Below, piece by piece: positions 48,927-58,658 of a stretch of DNA of 64,000 nucleotides. Numbering within the stretch: the stretch's first letter is position 1; each line of letters opens with the position of its first letter. Below the pieces are notes generated by a model, which was not told the origin of the DNA, made no database searches, and saw only the letters and a list, made by a program, of their open reading frames with translations. The DNA lies in NCBI GenBank assembly GCA_963798845.1, contig CAWCUS010000005.1, positions 135,572 through 199,571 on the forward strand, given 5' to 3'. The DNA is from an uncultured Gemmatimonadales bacterium (GTDB lineage: Bacteria; Gemmatimonadota; Gemmatimonadetes; Longimicrobiales; RSA9). Position numbers and translations under genes: made by a program.

Positions 48927-49232
48927 TCAGCCGATCACCGCCAACACGTCCGACTCCCGCAGGATCAGGAACTGCTCCCCGCCCACGGTCACTTCCGTGC
49001 CGCTGTACTTCCCGTACAGCACCTTGTCGCCCTTGCTGAGCTCCATCTTGATCTGCTTCCCCTCGTCGCTCACGCGACCAGGGCCCACCGCCACGATCTC
49101 CCCCTGCTGGGGCTTCTCCTTCGCTGTGTCCGGGATGTACAGCCCGCCCCGCATCTCTTCGCTCTCATCGAGCGGCCTCACGACCACACGGTCCGCCAGC
49201 GGCTTGATGTTCACCGCGGAAGCAGTGGGCAT
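48927..49232 (-). CDS. groS: Co-chaperonin GroES
   Basis: The protein contains [45 protein letters not shown]. The ORF is trimmed to the ATG at 49230-49232, preceded by GGAGGAG. Confidence 0.93.
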   Translation of the reverse strand: MPTASAVNIKPLADRVVVRPLDESEEMRGGLYIPDTAKEKPQQGEIVAVGPGRVSDEGKQIKMELSKGDKVLYGKYSGTEVTVGGEQFLILRESDVLAVIG

Positions 49233-49278
49233 GGATCTCCTCCGTTCGTGGTTCGATGATTCGCTCCGGCGTCTTCTG

Positions 49279-49305
49279 CTAGCACTCGCATGCATCGAGT
49301 GCTAA
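49279..49305 (-). promoter_or_regulatory. CIRCE operator (HrcA binding site) upstream of groES
   Basis: The minus strand reads TTAGCACTC-GATGCATGC-GAGTGCTAG. The consensus is TTAGCACTC-N9-GAGTGCTAA, so there is one mismatch. It lies 11 nt downstream of the -10 element. Confidence 0.9.
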
Positions 49306-49316
49306 CAAACGCGCCA

Positions 49317-49345
49317 AGAGTAGGCGGGCGCTCGACCCGCGTCAA
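49317..49345 (-). promoter_or_regulatory. Candidate sigma70-type promoter of groES-groEL
   Basis: The minus strand reads TTGACG (49340-49345), a 17-nt spacer, then TACTCT (49317-49322). It lies immediately upstream of CIRCE. Confidence 0.6.
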
Positions 49346-49461
49346 GGCCCGCTCACGGACGCACTCCCCGTGCAGAGCTCATGCCCCGCCGGACTGTCAG
49401 GTTGGCGGCGCCGGCCCGTCGAAGTGACAGGAGGAGAGCCGATGCCCCTGGCCGGGAGCCG

Positions 49462-50241
49462 TCAGGGGGTGCCGGTGGCCTTCATCTCCTGCCACGCGAT
49501 GCGGAGACCGTGCAGGGTGAGAAAGGGCTCGACGCGGTCGATGGTGCGGCAATGGGGTGCGAGAAGAGGGGCGAGGCCGCCGGTGGCGACGACGAGGGGG
49601 TGGTTTCCCCATTCCTCGGTGATGCGGCGGACGATGCCGTCGATGGACTCGACAGCGCCGAAGAAGATGCCGCTGCGGAGGGCGGTGTCGGTGCGGCGTC
49701 CGATGACGCGGGCGGGTGGCTCGAGGTCGACGCGGGGGAGCCGTGCAGTGCGACGAGTGAGGGTTTCGGCACCCGTCTGGATGCCGGGGGCGATGACGCC
49801 GCCGATGAAGACGCCGTCGCCGGAGATGCAGTCGAAGGTGGTGGCGGTTCCCAGGTCGACGACAATGGTGTCGGTGTGGAAGAGGCGTGCGGCGGCCAGG
49901 GTATTGGCGATGCGGTCGGCGCCGACACTGAGGGGCTCGTCCACGTCGAGACGGATGGGCAGGTCGGAGGCGGGGTCGATGACGAGGGTGCCGCAGGCGA
50001 GGTGCCGCTCGCAGGCGCCGAGCGCGGCGGGCGTGACCGGCGGGACCACGGAGGCGATGGTGGCGCCGCGGATGTCGCCGGGCTCGATGGCCGCTTCTCG
50101 CAGGATCGCCCGGAGGAGGAGCCCGTACTCGTCGACGGTGCGCTCGGCGTGGGTGGAGACGCGCCAGTGGCTGACGAGCTCGGAGTCGCGGAAGATGCCG
50201 AGAACGGTTTCGGTGTTGCCGATGTCGAGCGTCAGGATCAT
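49462..50241 (-). CDS. coaX: Type III pantothenate kinase
   Basis: 259-aa protein beginning MILTLDIGNTETVLGIF. It also contains ...VGADRIANTLAA, ...VVDLGTATTFD and ...GGVIAPG. Its ATG overlaps the birA stop (ATGA). Confidence 0.9.
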   Translation of the reverse strand: MILTLDIGNTETVLGIFRDSELVSHWRVSTHAERTVDEYGLLLRAILREAAIEPGDIRGATIASVVPPVTPAALGACERHLACGTLVIDPASDLPIRLDVDEPLSVGADRIANTLAAARLFHTDTIVVDLGTATTFDCISGDGVFIGGVIAPGIQTGAETLTRRTARLPRVDLEPPARVIGRRTDTALRSGIFFGAVESIDGIVRRITEEWGNHPLVVATGGLAPLLAPHCRTIDRVEPFLTLHGLRIAWQEMKATGTP

Positions 50242-51035
50242 GGGTTCGCCGGCTCGTCGGTGGTGCGTACGGTTCCGGAAAGTACGGTGCGGAAATGGCT
50301 CCCGACACGGGCGAGAAGGGCGCCCTCGGGAGAAACGCCGGCCGCGATGCCGGCGGGGACGTCGTCGACGGTGATGGCGTTTCCGAGGAGGGCGTCCCTG
50401 CGCGCGAAAGCGGCGAGCTCGTCGGGCGCCAGCCGTGCGGGATCGAGGGTGGCGGCGTGGCGCCAGGCGCGGACAACGGCGCCGGCGATCCGGGGGGTGG
50501 CCACGGCGGCGCCGGCGGCGGCGAGGGAGATGGCGCTGCCGGCGAGCGCGGTTGGCCAGGCGTCGTCGGGCTGCGTCAGGTTGAGCCCGATCCCCGCGAC
50601 AATGGAGAACCCCTCGCCCTCCTGGTACGCCCCTTCGCAGAGGATTCCGCCGAGCTTCCGCTCTCTCACGAGAAGGTCGTTGGGCCATTTGATCAGGACG
50701 GTGAGGGCGGCGGCGCGCTCGACGGCGGCGGCCGCCGCGAGCCCGAGGCGGAGCGTGAGCACGCCGGGCGAGTGCACATCCTGGTAGCGGAAGAGCATGG
50801 ACAGGAGCAGGCTGTGGCCGGGGTGATCGGTCCAGCCTCGCCCGCGCCGGCCGCGCCCGGCGCTCTGGTGGTCCGCGATGATCGTGGTGCCCGCGGGGGC
50901 ACCGGAGCCGGCGCGCTCCCGCAGCGCGTCGTTGGTGGAGGGGATCGCGGCGTGGATCTCGAGGCGCGGAACGCCCCAGGCGCGGCGCCACTCGGCGGCG
51001 GGGCGGCCATGCCAATCCACGGGCGGTGCGCTCAC
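50238..51035 (-). CDS. birA: Biotin--[acetyl-CoA-carboxylase] ligase (group I, no N-terminal HTH)
   Basis: 265-aa protein with a GTG start. It contains ...STNDALRERA, ...IIADHQSAGRGRRGRGW and ...IKWPNDLLV. Confidence 0.85.
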   Translation of the reverse strand: MSAPPVDWHGRPAAEWRRAWGVPRLEIHAAIPSTNDALRERAGSGAPAGTTIIADHQSAGRGRRGRGWTDHPGHSLLLSMLFRYQDVHSPGVLTLRLGLAAAAAVERAAALTVLIKWPNDLLVRERKLGGILCEGAYQEGEGFSIVAGIGLNLTQPDDAWPTALAGSAISLAAAGAAVATPRIAGAVVRAWRHAATLDPARLAPDELAAFARRDALLGNAITVDDVPAGIAAGVSPEGALLARVGSHFRTVLSGTVRTTDEPANP

Positions 51036-51084
51036 GCCTCGGCCCTGCCGCGGCCGGCGGGGGCGGTGTGGGCGGACGCAGGGC

Positions 51085-52215
51085 TCACTCGTTCAGCACC
51101 CGCTCGTAGTAGGCCTCGTATCGAGGCACGATCTTGTCCGCGGAGAAGAGGGTGGCGCGCTGGAGGGCGGCCTGGCTCGCTTCGGCCCACCGCTCCGGGC
51201 CGAGCAGCTCGAGCGACGCCGCCGCCATGGCGTCCACGTCTCCGACCGGCTCGAGGATGCCGGCGGGCGGCGCGACGACTTCGGGAAGCCCGCCGACGCG
51301 GCTTCCCACCACGGGCACGCCGCACGCCATCGCCTCGAGCGCCACCAGTCCGAACGCCTCGCTCTCGCTGGGGAGCAGGAAGAGATCCGAGCACGCCAGG
51401 ATCTCGGTCACGGACTCCTGCTTGCCCATGTAGACGACACGGTCCGCCACACCTTCGTCGGCGGCGACCTGCTGCGTGTGCCCGCGCTCCGGACCGTCGC
51501 CGACGAAGACGAGCCGGGCGGGGATGGCGCGCGCCACGCGGGCGAAGATCCGGACCACGTCCGTCACGCGCTTGACGGAGCGAAAGTTGGAGATGTGGAC
51601 GATCACCTTCTCGTCGTCATCGGCGAATTGGCTGCGGTGGCATGGCTCGAGGTCGCGACGATAGACCGAGAGGTCGACGAAATTCGGAATGACCTCGACC
51701 CGCTCGGCCGGGACGTCGAACCGCTCGACGGTCTCGCGCTTCAGGTATTCGGAAACGGCGGTGAGCCCGTCCGACTTGCCTATCGAGAAGCGGGTGATCG
51801 CGTGGTAGGAAGGGTCCCGACCGACGAGCGTGATATCGGTGCCGTGCAGCGTGGTCACGACGCGCGGCCCGCGTCCGTCGAGGAGCTGCTTGGCCAGCCA
51901 CGCCGAAGTGGCGTGAGGCACTGCGTAGTGGACGTGCAGGAGATCGAGGCCGTGGCGTTCGGCGGCGTTCTGCATGGCCACGGACAGAGCCAGCGAGTAC
52001 GGGGGATACTCGAACAGCGGATAGATCGGGACCTCCACTTCGTGGTAGTAGACGTTCTCCACGAAGCGGGAGAGCCTGAACGGTTGCGCGTAGGTGATGA
52101 AGTGGACTTCGTGCCCGCGCTTGGCCAGCTCCAGCCCCAGCTCGGTCGCGACGACGCCCGAGCCACCGTACACGGGATAGCCCGTTATCCCGATCTTCAG
52201 CTTGCGCTCTCCCAT
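51085..52215 (-). CDS. bshA: GT4 glycosyltransferase, N-acetyl-alpha-D-glucosaminyl L-malate synthase BshA-like
   Basis: 376 aa from the ATG at 52213-52215. It contains [37 protein letters not shown], ...[11 protein letters not shown], ...[10 protein letters not shown], ...[12 protein letters not shown] and ...[33 protein letters not shown]. From memory, this closely resembles Bacillus BshA. Confidence 0.75.
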   Translation of the reverse strand: MGERKLKIGITGYPVYGGSGVVATELGLELAKRGHEVHFITYAQPFRLSRFVENVYYHEVEVPIYPLFEYPPYSLALSVAMQNAAERHGLDLLHVHYAVPHATSAWLAKQLLDGRGPRVVTTLHGTDITLVGRDPSYHAITRFSIGKSDGLTAVSEYLKRETVERFDVPAERVEVIPNFVDLSVYRRDLEPCHRSQFADDDEKVIVHISNFRSVKRVTDVVRIFARVARAIPARLVFVGDGPERGHTQQVAADEGVADRVVYMGKQESVTEILACSDLFLLPSESEAFGLVALEAMACGVPVVGSRVGGLPEVVAPPAGILEPVGDVDAMAAASLELLGPERWAEASQAALQRATLFSADKIVPRYEAYYERVLNE

Positions 52216-53132
52216 CGCCCCCTCACCTCCTCCACCAGTTCGCGTCTCGGTCGCGTCCCGTCGAGCCAGACCGCTCCAGGCGGCAGCTGGTTGCGAAACC
52301 AGGTGAGCTGACGCCGGGCGTAAGCGCGCGTGGCGCGGCGGATGCGGTCCGCCGCCTCTTCCAGCGTACACTCCCCCGCCAGGTGCGCCATGGCCTCTGG
52401 ATACCCCGTTGCGCTGAGTCCCGGTTCCTCCGGGCTCCGTCCAGCGTCGAGGAAGCGACGCGCTTCCTCCAGCAGTCCCGCCGCCAGCATGACATCCACG
52501 CGGCGGTTGATCCGGTCGTACAGCTGGTCGCGCGGCAGGTCGAGCACGAACACCAGCGGCGACAGGCCCGCTTCGGCGGCGGGGCGTCGGGCGTGCCACC
52601 ACGATAGCGGGCGTCCGGTGAGGAGCGCGATCTCGAGCGCCCGGAGCACGCGCTGCCGCCCACCTCCGCGCTCCAGCCGACGCGCGATCGCGGGATCGAG
52701 CTCCTCGAGCCAGCGGCGAAGCTCCGGCGCCGGCTTGCCCGCGAGGTGGTCCCGCAGACGCGCGCGTCGCGCGCCCTCCATGGGCGGCTCCTCGAACAGG
52801 GGATCGGTGAGCGCGCGCAGGAAGAAGCCGGTTCCCCCGACGAACAGGGCGATGCGTCGCCGCTGGCGGATGCCGTCCAGCCATCGGCGGGCGTCCCGGC
52901 TGAAGCGGCCGGCGCTGTAGCGCTCGCCCGGCTCGACGACGTCCAGCCCGTGGTGCGGGATCCGGGCACGGTCCGCGGGCGACGGCTTGGCCGTTCCCAC
53001 GTCCATTCCCCGATACACCTGCCGCGAGTCCATGGAGACGATCTCGGCAGCCGTGGCCGCGGCGAGATCCAGCGCGAGGGCGCTCTTCCCCGCGGCCGTC
53101 GGGCCGGTGAGGACGAGGACGTCCCTATCCAT
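52197..53132 (-). CDS. miaA: tRNA dimethylallyltransferase
   Basis: 311-aa protein beginning MDRDVLVLTGPTAAGKSALALDLAAATAAEIVSMDSRQVYRGMDVGTAKPS. Confidence 0.9.
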   Translation of the reverse strand: MDRDVLVLTGPTAAGKSALALDLAAATAAEIVSMDSRQVYRGMDVGTAKPSPADRARIPHHGLDVVEPGERYSAGRFSRDARRWLDGIRQRRRIALFVGGTGFFLRALTDPLFEEPPMEGARRARLRDHLAGKPAPELRRWLEELDPAIARRLERGGGRQRVLRALEIALLTGRPLSWWHARRPAAEAGLSPLVFVLDLPRDQLYDRINRRVDVMLAAGLLEEARRFLDAGRSPEEPGLSATGYPEAMAHLAGECTLEEAADRIRRATRAYARRQLTWFRNQLPPGAVWLDGTRPRRELVEEVRGRWESAS

Positions 53133-54930
53133 GCCGCCCGAAACGGCGCTCCAGCTCGTCCAGGGAGAGGCGGATCACGGTGGGGCGGCCGTGCACGTCG
53201 TGGTACGGCAGCTCCGTGCAGAACAGCTCGTCGAACAGCCGCTGCATCTCCTGGACCGAAAGCCTCTGTCCCGCCTTGATGGCGCCCTTGCACGCGAACG
53301 TCTTGGCAAGGCGCTCGTACTGGTTGCGGGCCGATCGGGTCAGCTCGCTCCCCTCGGCGAGCTCCGCCAGCATGTCGCGCAGGCACCGTTCTGCGTCGAA
53401 CCATGGGTGCGGGTTCGGCGCCGCGTGCACGATGACCGTGCGCCCACCGAACGGCTCCGCCTCGAAGCCCGCGCGCGCCAGCAGCGTTCGGGTGTCCTCC
53501 ACGACCGCGTATTCGGCCGGGGAGAGGCGCAGCGTGACCGGGAACAGCAGCCGCTGGCTCGGCCGCCCGCCCGCGTCGAAGTCGCGCATGAGCGCCTCGA
53601 ACAGGATCCGCTCGTGCGCCGAGTGCTGGTCGATGATGAGCAGCCCCGTACGCGTCTCGGCCAGGATGTAGCTGTCGTGGATCTGCCAGAGCGAGCTGCG
53701 ACGGCCGGCGTCCACACCCGCGGCGTCGGCGGCGTCGAACGGCCCGGCCTCCCCCGCCCCGCCCTCCTCCCCCGCAGGTCCGGTCACGGGCGCGCTCCGC
53801 GGCGAGGCAGGGACGAAGAACGCCAGCTGCCCCGCGTCGACGGCGCCGGCCCGAATCGCATCCTCGGAGCCGGGGCGCGGCTCGAAGCGTGGACCGCGGA
53901 TCTGCGGCGGCGCCGGCCGTGCGTCGAGAGTGGCCGCGCTCGAGACGGTAGCGAGAGCGTCGCGCACGGCCGCCTCGACGGACTCCTCCACCTCGCCGCG
54001 TGCGTGGAAGCGCACCTCCGCCTTTGCCGGGTGGACGTTCACGTCCACCTTGCCGGGCGGCACCTCGATGTAGAGCAGGAGCGATGGCCTGGCTCCGTGC
54101 GGTATCGTCGTGCGGTACCCCCGCTCGGCCGCCGCCACCAGCGCGCGGTCGCGAAATGGCCGGCCGGCGACGAAGAGCTGCACACGCCTGGGCCCGCTCA
54201 CCGCGGCGTCGGGTCTCTCCACCAACCCGGCGACGGTGGTTTCCGGGTCGCCGCCCGCAACGGCGACGAGTCGCCCGGCGAAATCGTCGCCCCAGAGCCC
54301 GGCAGCACGTCCAGCGAGGTCGCGTACGGGAGCCAGCTCCATGAGCGTGCGCCCGTTCGATTCGAGGCGGAACCCCGCGGACAGGTTGGCGAGGGCCAGC
54401 CCCGTGAGCACGTCGGCAATGGCGCGCGTTTCCACGGCCGCGGTCTTCAGGAACTTCGACCTCGCCGGGACGTTGAAGAAGAGGTTGCGGACGGTCACGG
54501 TGGTGCCCGGCTGCCGGGCGCAGTCCTCGGCCCCGAGCACCCGGCCCGCGGATACCCTGACCCGGGTGCCCACACCCCGGGACTCCGCCGTCTCCAGGGT
54601 GACCCGCGCCACCGAGGCGATGGAGGGCAGCGCTTCGCCCCTGAAGCCGAAGGTGCGCACCGCCCGCAGGTCGTCCTCGCTGGCGATCTTGCTCGTGGCG
54701 TGTCGGTCGAGCGAGAGCAGCGCGTCCTCGCGGCTCATCCCGTGGCCGTCGTCCGACACGCGAATCTCCGTCTTCCCGCCGTTGCGGATGACCACGTCGA
54801 CGCGCGTGGCCGCGGCGTCCAACGCGTTTTCCACCAGTTCCTTGACCACGGACGCGGGGCGCTCCACCACCTCGCCCGCGGCGATCTGGTTGGCCAGCGC
54901 GTCGGGGAGAATCCGGATCCGTCGGGCCAT
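53125..54930 (-). CDS. mutL: DNA mismatch repair protein MutL
   Basis: The protein begins MARRIRILPDALANQIAAGEVVERPASVVKELVENALDAAATRVDV and contains ...DDGHGM. It has a C-terminal dimerisation domain. The ATG at 54928-54930 shares 1 nt with the pit stop. Confidence 0.92.
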   Translation of the reverse strand: MARRIRILPDALANQIAAGEVVERPASVVKELVENALDAAATRVDVVIRNGGKTEIRVSDDGHGMSREDALLSLDRHATSKIASEDDLRAVRTFGFRGEALPSIASVARVTLETAESRGVGTRVRVSAGRVLGAEDCARQPGTTVTVRNLFFNVPARSKFLKTAAVETRAIADVLTGLALANLSAGFRLESNGRTLMELAPVRDLAGRAAGLWGDDFAGRLVAVAGGDPETTVAGLVERPDAAVSGPRRVQLFVAGRPFRDRALVAAAERGYRTTIPHGARPSLLLYIEVPPGKVDVNVHPAKAEVRFHARGEVEESVEAAVRDALATVSSAATLDARPAPPQIRGPRFEPRPGSEDAIRAGAVDAGQLAFFVPASPRSAPVTGPAGEEGGAGEAGPFDAADAAGVDAGRRSSLWQIHDSYILAETRTGLLIIDQHSAHERILFEALMRDFDAGGRPSQRLLFPVTLRLSPAEYAVVEDTRTLLARAGFEAEPFGGRTVIVHAAPNPHPWFDAERCLRDMLAELAEGSELTRSARNQYERLAKTFACKGAIKAGQRLSVQEMQRLFDELFCTELPYHDVHGRPTVIRLSLDELERRFGRHG

Positions 54931-56198
54931 CAGAGCACGATCGCCTTGAGCGCCAGGAACAGGATGGCCCCCACCGCTGCGGCGGCCGGAACGGTGGCGA
55001 GCCAGGAGTTCACGATATTGCGTATGACACGCACGTTCAGCGCGCCCAATCCCTGTGCGAAGCCCACGCCGATGACGGCGCCCACCAGCGTGTGGGTGGT
55101 GGAGATCGGCAGCCCCAGCCGACTCGCCACCAGAACGGTGGTCGCCGTGCCGAACTCGGCGCTGAACCCGCGCGTGGGGGTGATCTCCGTGATCTCCTTT
55201 CCCACCGTGGCGATCACGCGATAACCGAACGTGCCCAGTCCGATCACGATGCCGGCACCGCCGCCCACCAGGATCCAGCGCGGTACAGGCACGCTCGTGG
55301 CCAGCTCGGTGAACCCGTTCTGCGCCAGATTCACGACGGCCGCAACGGGGCCGATGGCGTTGGCCACGTCGTTGGCACCGTGGGCGAACGCCACGTAGCA
55401 CGCGGTGATGATCTGCAGGCTGGCGAAGGTGCGCTCGACGTAAGCGTAGGGGTCCCCGGCCGAAGGCACCGGGCGACGCCGCACGCCGAACAGCGTGAGC
55501 GCCCCGGCCAGGAAGCCGCACCCCAGCGCGATCGCGAGCGCGAGCAGGACCGGTGGCCGGGAGAGCACATTCTTGAGGACCTCGTAGATGAACGAGAGGA
55601 CGATGAGCGTGATCACCGTCCCCACCATGTACGGTGCAATCTCGCGCGTCGCCTTGATGGGCGTAGCGCTTCGCAGCACCCGGCTTCGCACTACCATGAA
55701 CGTGATGTAGGCGAGGATCCCTCCGAGAAGCGGCGACACGACCCAGCTGACGACGATTCGCCCCAGCATCCCCCAGTGCACGCCGCCCAGCCCGAACGTC
55801 ACCAGCCCCATGCCGATGAGCGCCCCGACGATGGAATGCGTGGTCGAAACGGGGAGCGACAGGAGCGTGGCGAGGTGGAGCCAGATCCCGGCGGCGAGCA
55901 GCGCCGAGAGCATCCCGAGCGCGAGGATGAGCGGCCCGTTCGCGCCGAGTGGACCGGCGGCCCCGAACGCCGCCACGTCCACGATCCTGCCACGGATGGT
56001 GGCTGTGACATGGGAGCCGACCAGGACCGCTCCCAGAAACTCGAACGTGCCGGCCAGCACGACGGCCCGGGCGAGCGTGAGGGCGCCCGACCCCACCAAT
56101 GTCCCCATGGCGTTGGCGACATCGTTGGCACCGATGTTCCACGCCATGTACGCCCCTGCCGCGATCGCGGCCAGGAGCAGCGCTGTCGCCGTGGTCAT
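54930..56198 (-). CDS. Inorganic phosphate transporter, PiT family
   Basis: 422-aa protein with duplicated GANDVANA motifs: WNIGANDVANAMGTLVGSG and AFAHGANDVANAIGPVAAV. About 10 TM helices are visible. Its ATG overlaps the upstream stop (ATGA). Confidence 0.9.
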   Translation of the reverse strand: MTTATALLLAAIAAGAYMAWNIGANDVANAMGTLVGSGALTLARAVVLAGTFEFLGAVLVGSHVTATIRGRIVDVAAFGAAGPLGANGPLILALGMLSALLAAGIWLHLATLLSLPVSTTHSIVGALIGMGLVTFGLGGVHWGMLGRIVVSWVVSPLLGGILAYITFMVVRSRVLRSATPIKATREIAPYMVGTVITLIVLSFIYEVLKNVLSRPPVLLALAIALGCGFLAGALTLFGVRRRPVPSAGDPYAYVERTFASLQIITACYVAFAHGANDVANAIGPVAAVVNLAQNGFTELATSVPVPRWILVGGGAGIVIGLGTFGYRVIATVGKEITEITPTRGFSAEFGTATTVLVASRLGLPISTTHTLVGAVIGVGFAQGLGALNVRVIRNIVNSWLATVPAAAAVGAILFLALKAIVL

Positions 56199-56869
56199 CG
56201 GCGCGCGAGCATCAGGCGCAGCAGGTCCGCCGTATTCTCCGCGTGGTTGGCGATGCGGCCCAAGGCCTGGAGGATCTGCATCCAGATCACCACAGAGACG
56301 GCCCCGATCTCCTTTTCCGTCTCGAACAGCGACCTCGAGCTGGACCATTGCATCTGGTCCGCCTGCCACTCCATGTCCGCGATCTGGTTCACCTGGTTGA
56401 GCGTCTTCTCCACTTCGGGCCCTGCGAACGACACCTCCTGCAGCAGCGGCAGCTCGTCGGCCACCCGGTACCACAGCTCGCTGGTGGACACCACGTGCTC
56501 CACGAAGCGCCGGAACTCCGGCATCATTGCCGACGGTGTGGGCGTCTGGCGCATGGCCATGAGCACGCCGAGGTCCTCGGCCGCGTCCGCGATCCCGTCC
56601 TGCTCCTTCAGGAACAGGAGGATGTCCCCGCGGTCGACCGGCATGAACATGGACTTCGGCAGGTGGTCGCGGATCTCGTTCTTGAGCTCGTCCGCCATGT
56701 GCTCCAGCTCCGAGATCTGCTCGTAGGTCTCCTGCGTCGCCGCCCAGTCGCCGCGCGTGAACGCGTCGGCCAGGTCCGGGATCAGCAGAACGGTGTCGTG
56801 GACCCGCTTCGCGTGCTCCGCAAGCGGCTTGAAAGGAGAGCGGCCGAACAGGCCGAGAACGTTACGCAT
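56195..56869 (-). CDS. DUF47 / PhoU-like phosphate-transport regulator (Pit accessory protein)
   Basis: 224-aa protein beginning MRNVLGLFGRSPFKPLAEHAKRVHDTV. It also contains ...ISELEHMADELKNEIRDHL and ...GRIANHAENTADLLRLM. This is the typical genetic pairing with a PiT transporter. Confidence 0.8.
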   Translation of the reverse strand: MRNVLGLFGRSPFKPLAEHAKRVHDTVLLIPDLADAFTRGDWAATQETYEQISELEHMADELKNEIRDHLPKSMFMPVDRGDILLFLKEQDGIADAAEDLGVLMAMRQTPTPSAMMPEFRRFVEHVVSTSELWYRVADELPLLQEVSFAGPEVEKTLNQVNQIADMEWQADQMQWSSSRSLFETEKEIGAVSVVIWMQILQALGRIANHAENTADLLRLMLARR

Positions 56870-57632
56870 GGTCGTCGTCGTCCAGGCGATAGAGTCGGTT
56901 TGCGTTTGCGGTGGTGACTTGCGCCACCGCATCCAGTGAGTCACCCCTGAGCGCCGCCACGGCCCGCGCCACGTCCACCACGAACGCGGGCTCGTTCCGC
57001 TTGCCGCGATGCGGCACGGGAGCGAGGTAGGGTGAGTCGGTCTCGATCAGGAGGCGGTCGGCAGGCGTGGCCGCCACCAGGTCCATTGCATCGTAGCCCG
57101 GGAACGTCACCAGCCCGGAGAAGGAGATGTACCAGCCGGCCGCTGCGCCAGCATCGAACAGCGCGCGTGAGCCGGCGAAGCAGTGGAGCACACCGCGCAC
57201 GCCCGCGGGCGCCTCACGGATCATGGCAATGGCGTCCGCGTCCGCATCCCGCACGTGGACCACGACCGGAAGCCCCGTCTCCGCCGACAGCTCCAGGTGC
57301 CGTCCGAACGACTCCCGCTGCGCCGATCGCGGGGAGTTGTCGTAGTAGTAGTCCAGCCCCGTTTCCCCGATGGCGACCACGCGATCCTCGTCCACGAGCT
57401 CGCGCACGCGGTCGAACCGTCCGGGGTCTCCCTCCGCGACGTGCGGGTGGATGCCCGCCGTGGACCAGACGCCCAGCCGCAGAGCCAGCGCCAGAGCCGC
57501 TCCGGAGTCTCCGTCATCGGAGCCCACGAGAACGAAGCGCCCGACGCCCGCGGCCCGTGCGCGCGCCGCCGCCGCCGTCGCGTCGCCCTCGAAACGTTCA
57601 TCTGTCAGGTGACAGTGCGAGTCGAAGTACAT
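56862..57632 (-). CDS. TatD family metal-dependent hydrolase (DNase)
   Basis: 256-aa protein beginning MYFDSHCHLTDERF. It also contains ...GIHPH, ...IGETGLDYYY, ...LPVVVHVRDA, ...GVLHCFAG and ...ETDSPYL. Confidence 0.88.
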   Translation of the reverse strand: MYFDSHCHLTDERFEGDATAAAARARAAGVGRFVLVGSDDGDSGAALALALRLGVWSTAGIHPHVAEGDPGRFDRVRELVDEDRVVAIGETGLDYYYDNSPRSAQRESFGRHLELSAETGLPVVVHVRDADADAIAMIREAPAGVRGVLHCFAGSRALFDAGAAAGWYISFSGLVTFPGYDAMDLVAATPADRLLIETDSPYLAPVPHRGKRNEPAFVVDVARAVAALRGDSLDAVAQVTTANANRLYRLDDDDHA

Positions 57633-57695
57633 CGTCTCCAGCTTGCGAAGAAGGCCGCGCGGCGCGTGCCGGCGGCCTTCACGCCGTTGCCCCGC

Positions 57696-58640
57696 TCAGG
57701 CGCGCGCCCTTCGCGCTCCGCCCGCGGCGGCGTGCTTCTCTCCCGTCCGTTCCTCGATCTCGAGCAGCGCGGGCGAGGCCACGAAGATCGAGGAGTAGGT
57801 TCCGATCACAATCCCGACGATGAGGATCAGGGCGAAGCTCCGGATGATCGTACCGCCCAGGAGGAAGAGCGCGAGCAGCACGGCGAACGTGGTGCCGGAG
57901 GTCAGGACGGTGCGCGGGAGGGTCTCGTTGATCGAGCGATCGAGCACGTTGAGGTACGGATCGCGGCGCCCCGACCCCTTGAGATTCTCGCGCACGCGAT
58001 CGAACACGATGATGGTGTCGTTCAGCGAGTACCCGATGATGGTCAGGACCGCGGCCACCGTCGGAAGCGACACCTCGATCCTGAGCCCCGAGATGACGCC
58101 CAGCGTGATCAGGGTGTCGTGGACCGTCGCAATCACGGCGGCGACGCCGAAGCGCCACTCGAACCGGAAGGCCAGGTAGATCAGCGTGAGCCCGAAGGAG
58201 AGGAGGATGGCGATGAGCGCCTTCTCCTGCAGCTCGCTACCGATCTTCGGCCCCACCGCCTCCGTGCGGACCACCTTGAACGTCCCCTCGCCGTAATGGG
58301 CGGCCAGGAGGTTCGTGATGATGTCGGACGTGTTCGTCCCCTCTTCCGCGAACTCCGGCACCCGTACCAGGAACTCGTCCTCCGCGCCGAAGCGCGTCAC
58401 CTCCGGCCGCTGGAGCTGACCCACCACGCCCCGCAGCTCGCCCACGGTGGTAGGCTTGGAGAACTCGATCTGCACCAGCGTCCCACCCGTGAAATCGACG
58501 CCGTAGTTCACCCAGCCGCGCCCGGTGGCGGCGAAGAACACCATCGCCGCCAGGCTCAGGGCGATCAACGTGCCGCTGAGCACGTAGGCGCCGCGGCGGC
58601 GCTCGATGAACTGGTAGTTCGCCTTCTGGAATAGCCGCAT
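57696..58640 (-). CDS. secF: Protein translocase subunit SecF
   Basis: 314-aa protein containing ...NYGVDFTGGTLVQIEF, ...VGPKIGSELQ and ...YSLNDTIIVFDRVREN. Confidence 0.92.
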   Translation of the reverse strand: MRLFQKANYQFIERRRGAYVLSGTLIALSLAAMVFFAATGRGWVNYGVDFTGGTLVQIEFSKPTTVGELRGVVGQLQRPEVTRFGAEDEFLVRVPEFAEEGTNTSDIITNLLAAHYGEGTFKVVRTEAVGPKIGSELQEKALIAILLSFGLTLIYLAFRFEWRFGVAAVIATVHDTLITLGVISGLRIEVSLPTVAAVLTIIGYSLNDTIIVFDRVRENLKGSGRRDPYLNVLDRSINETLPRTVLTSGTTFAVLLALFLLGGTIIRSFALILIVGIVIGTYSSIFVASPALLEIEERTGEKHAAAGGARRARA

Positions 58641-58658
58641 GATGGCTTGGTGCCTTCC

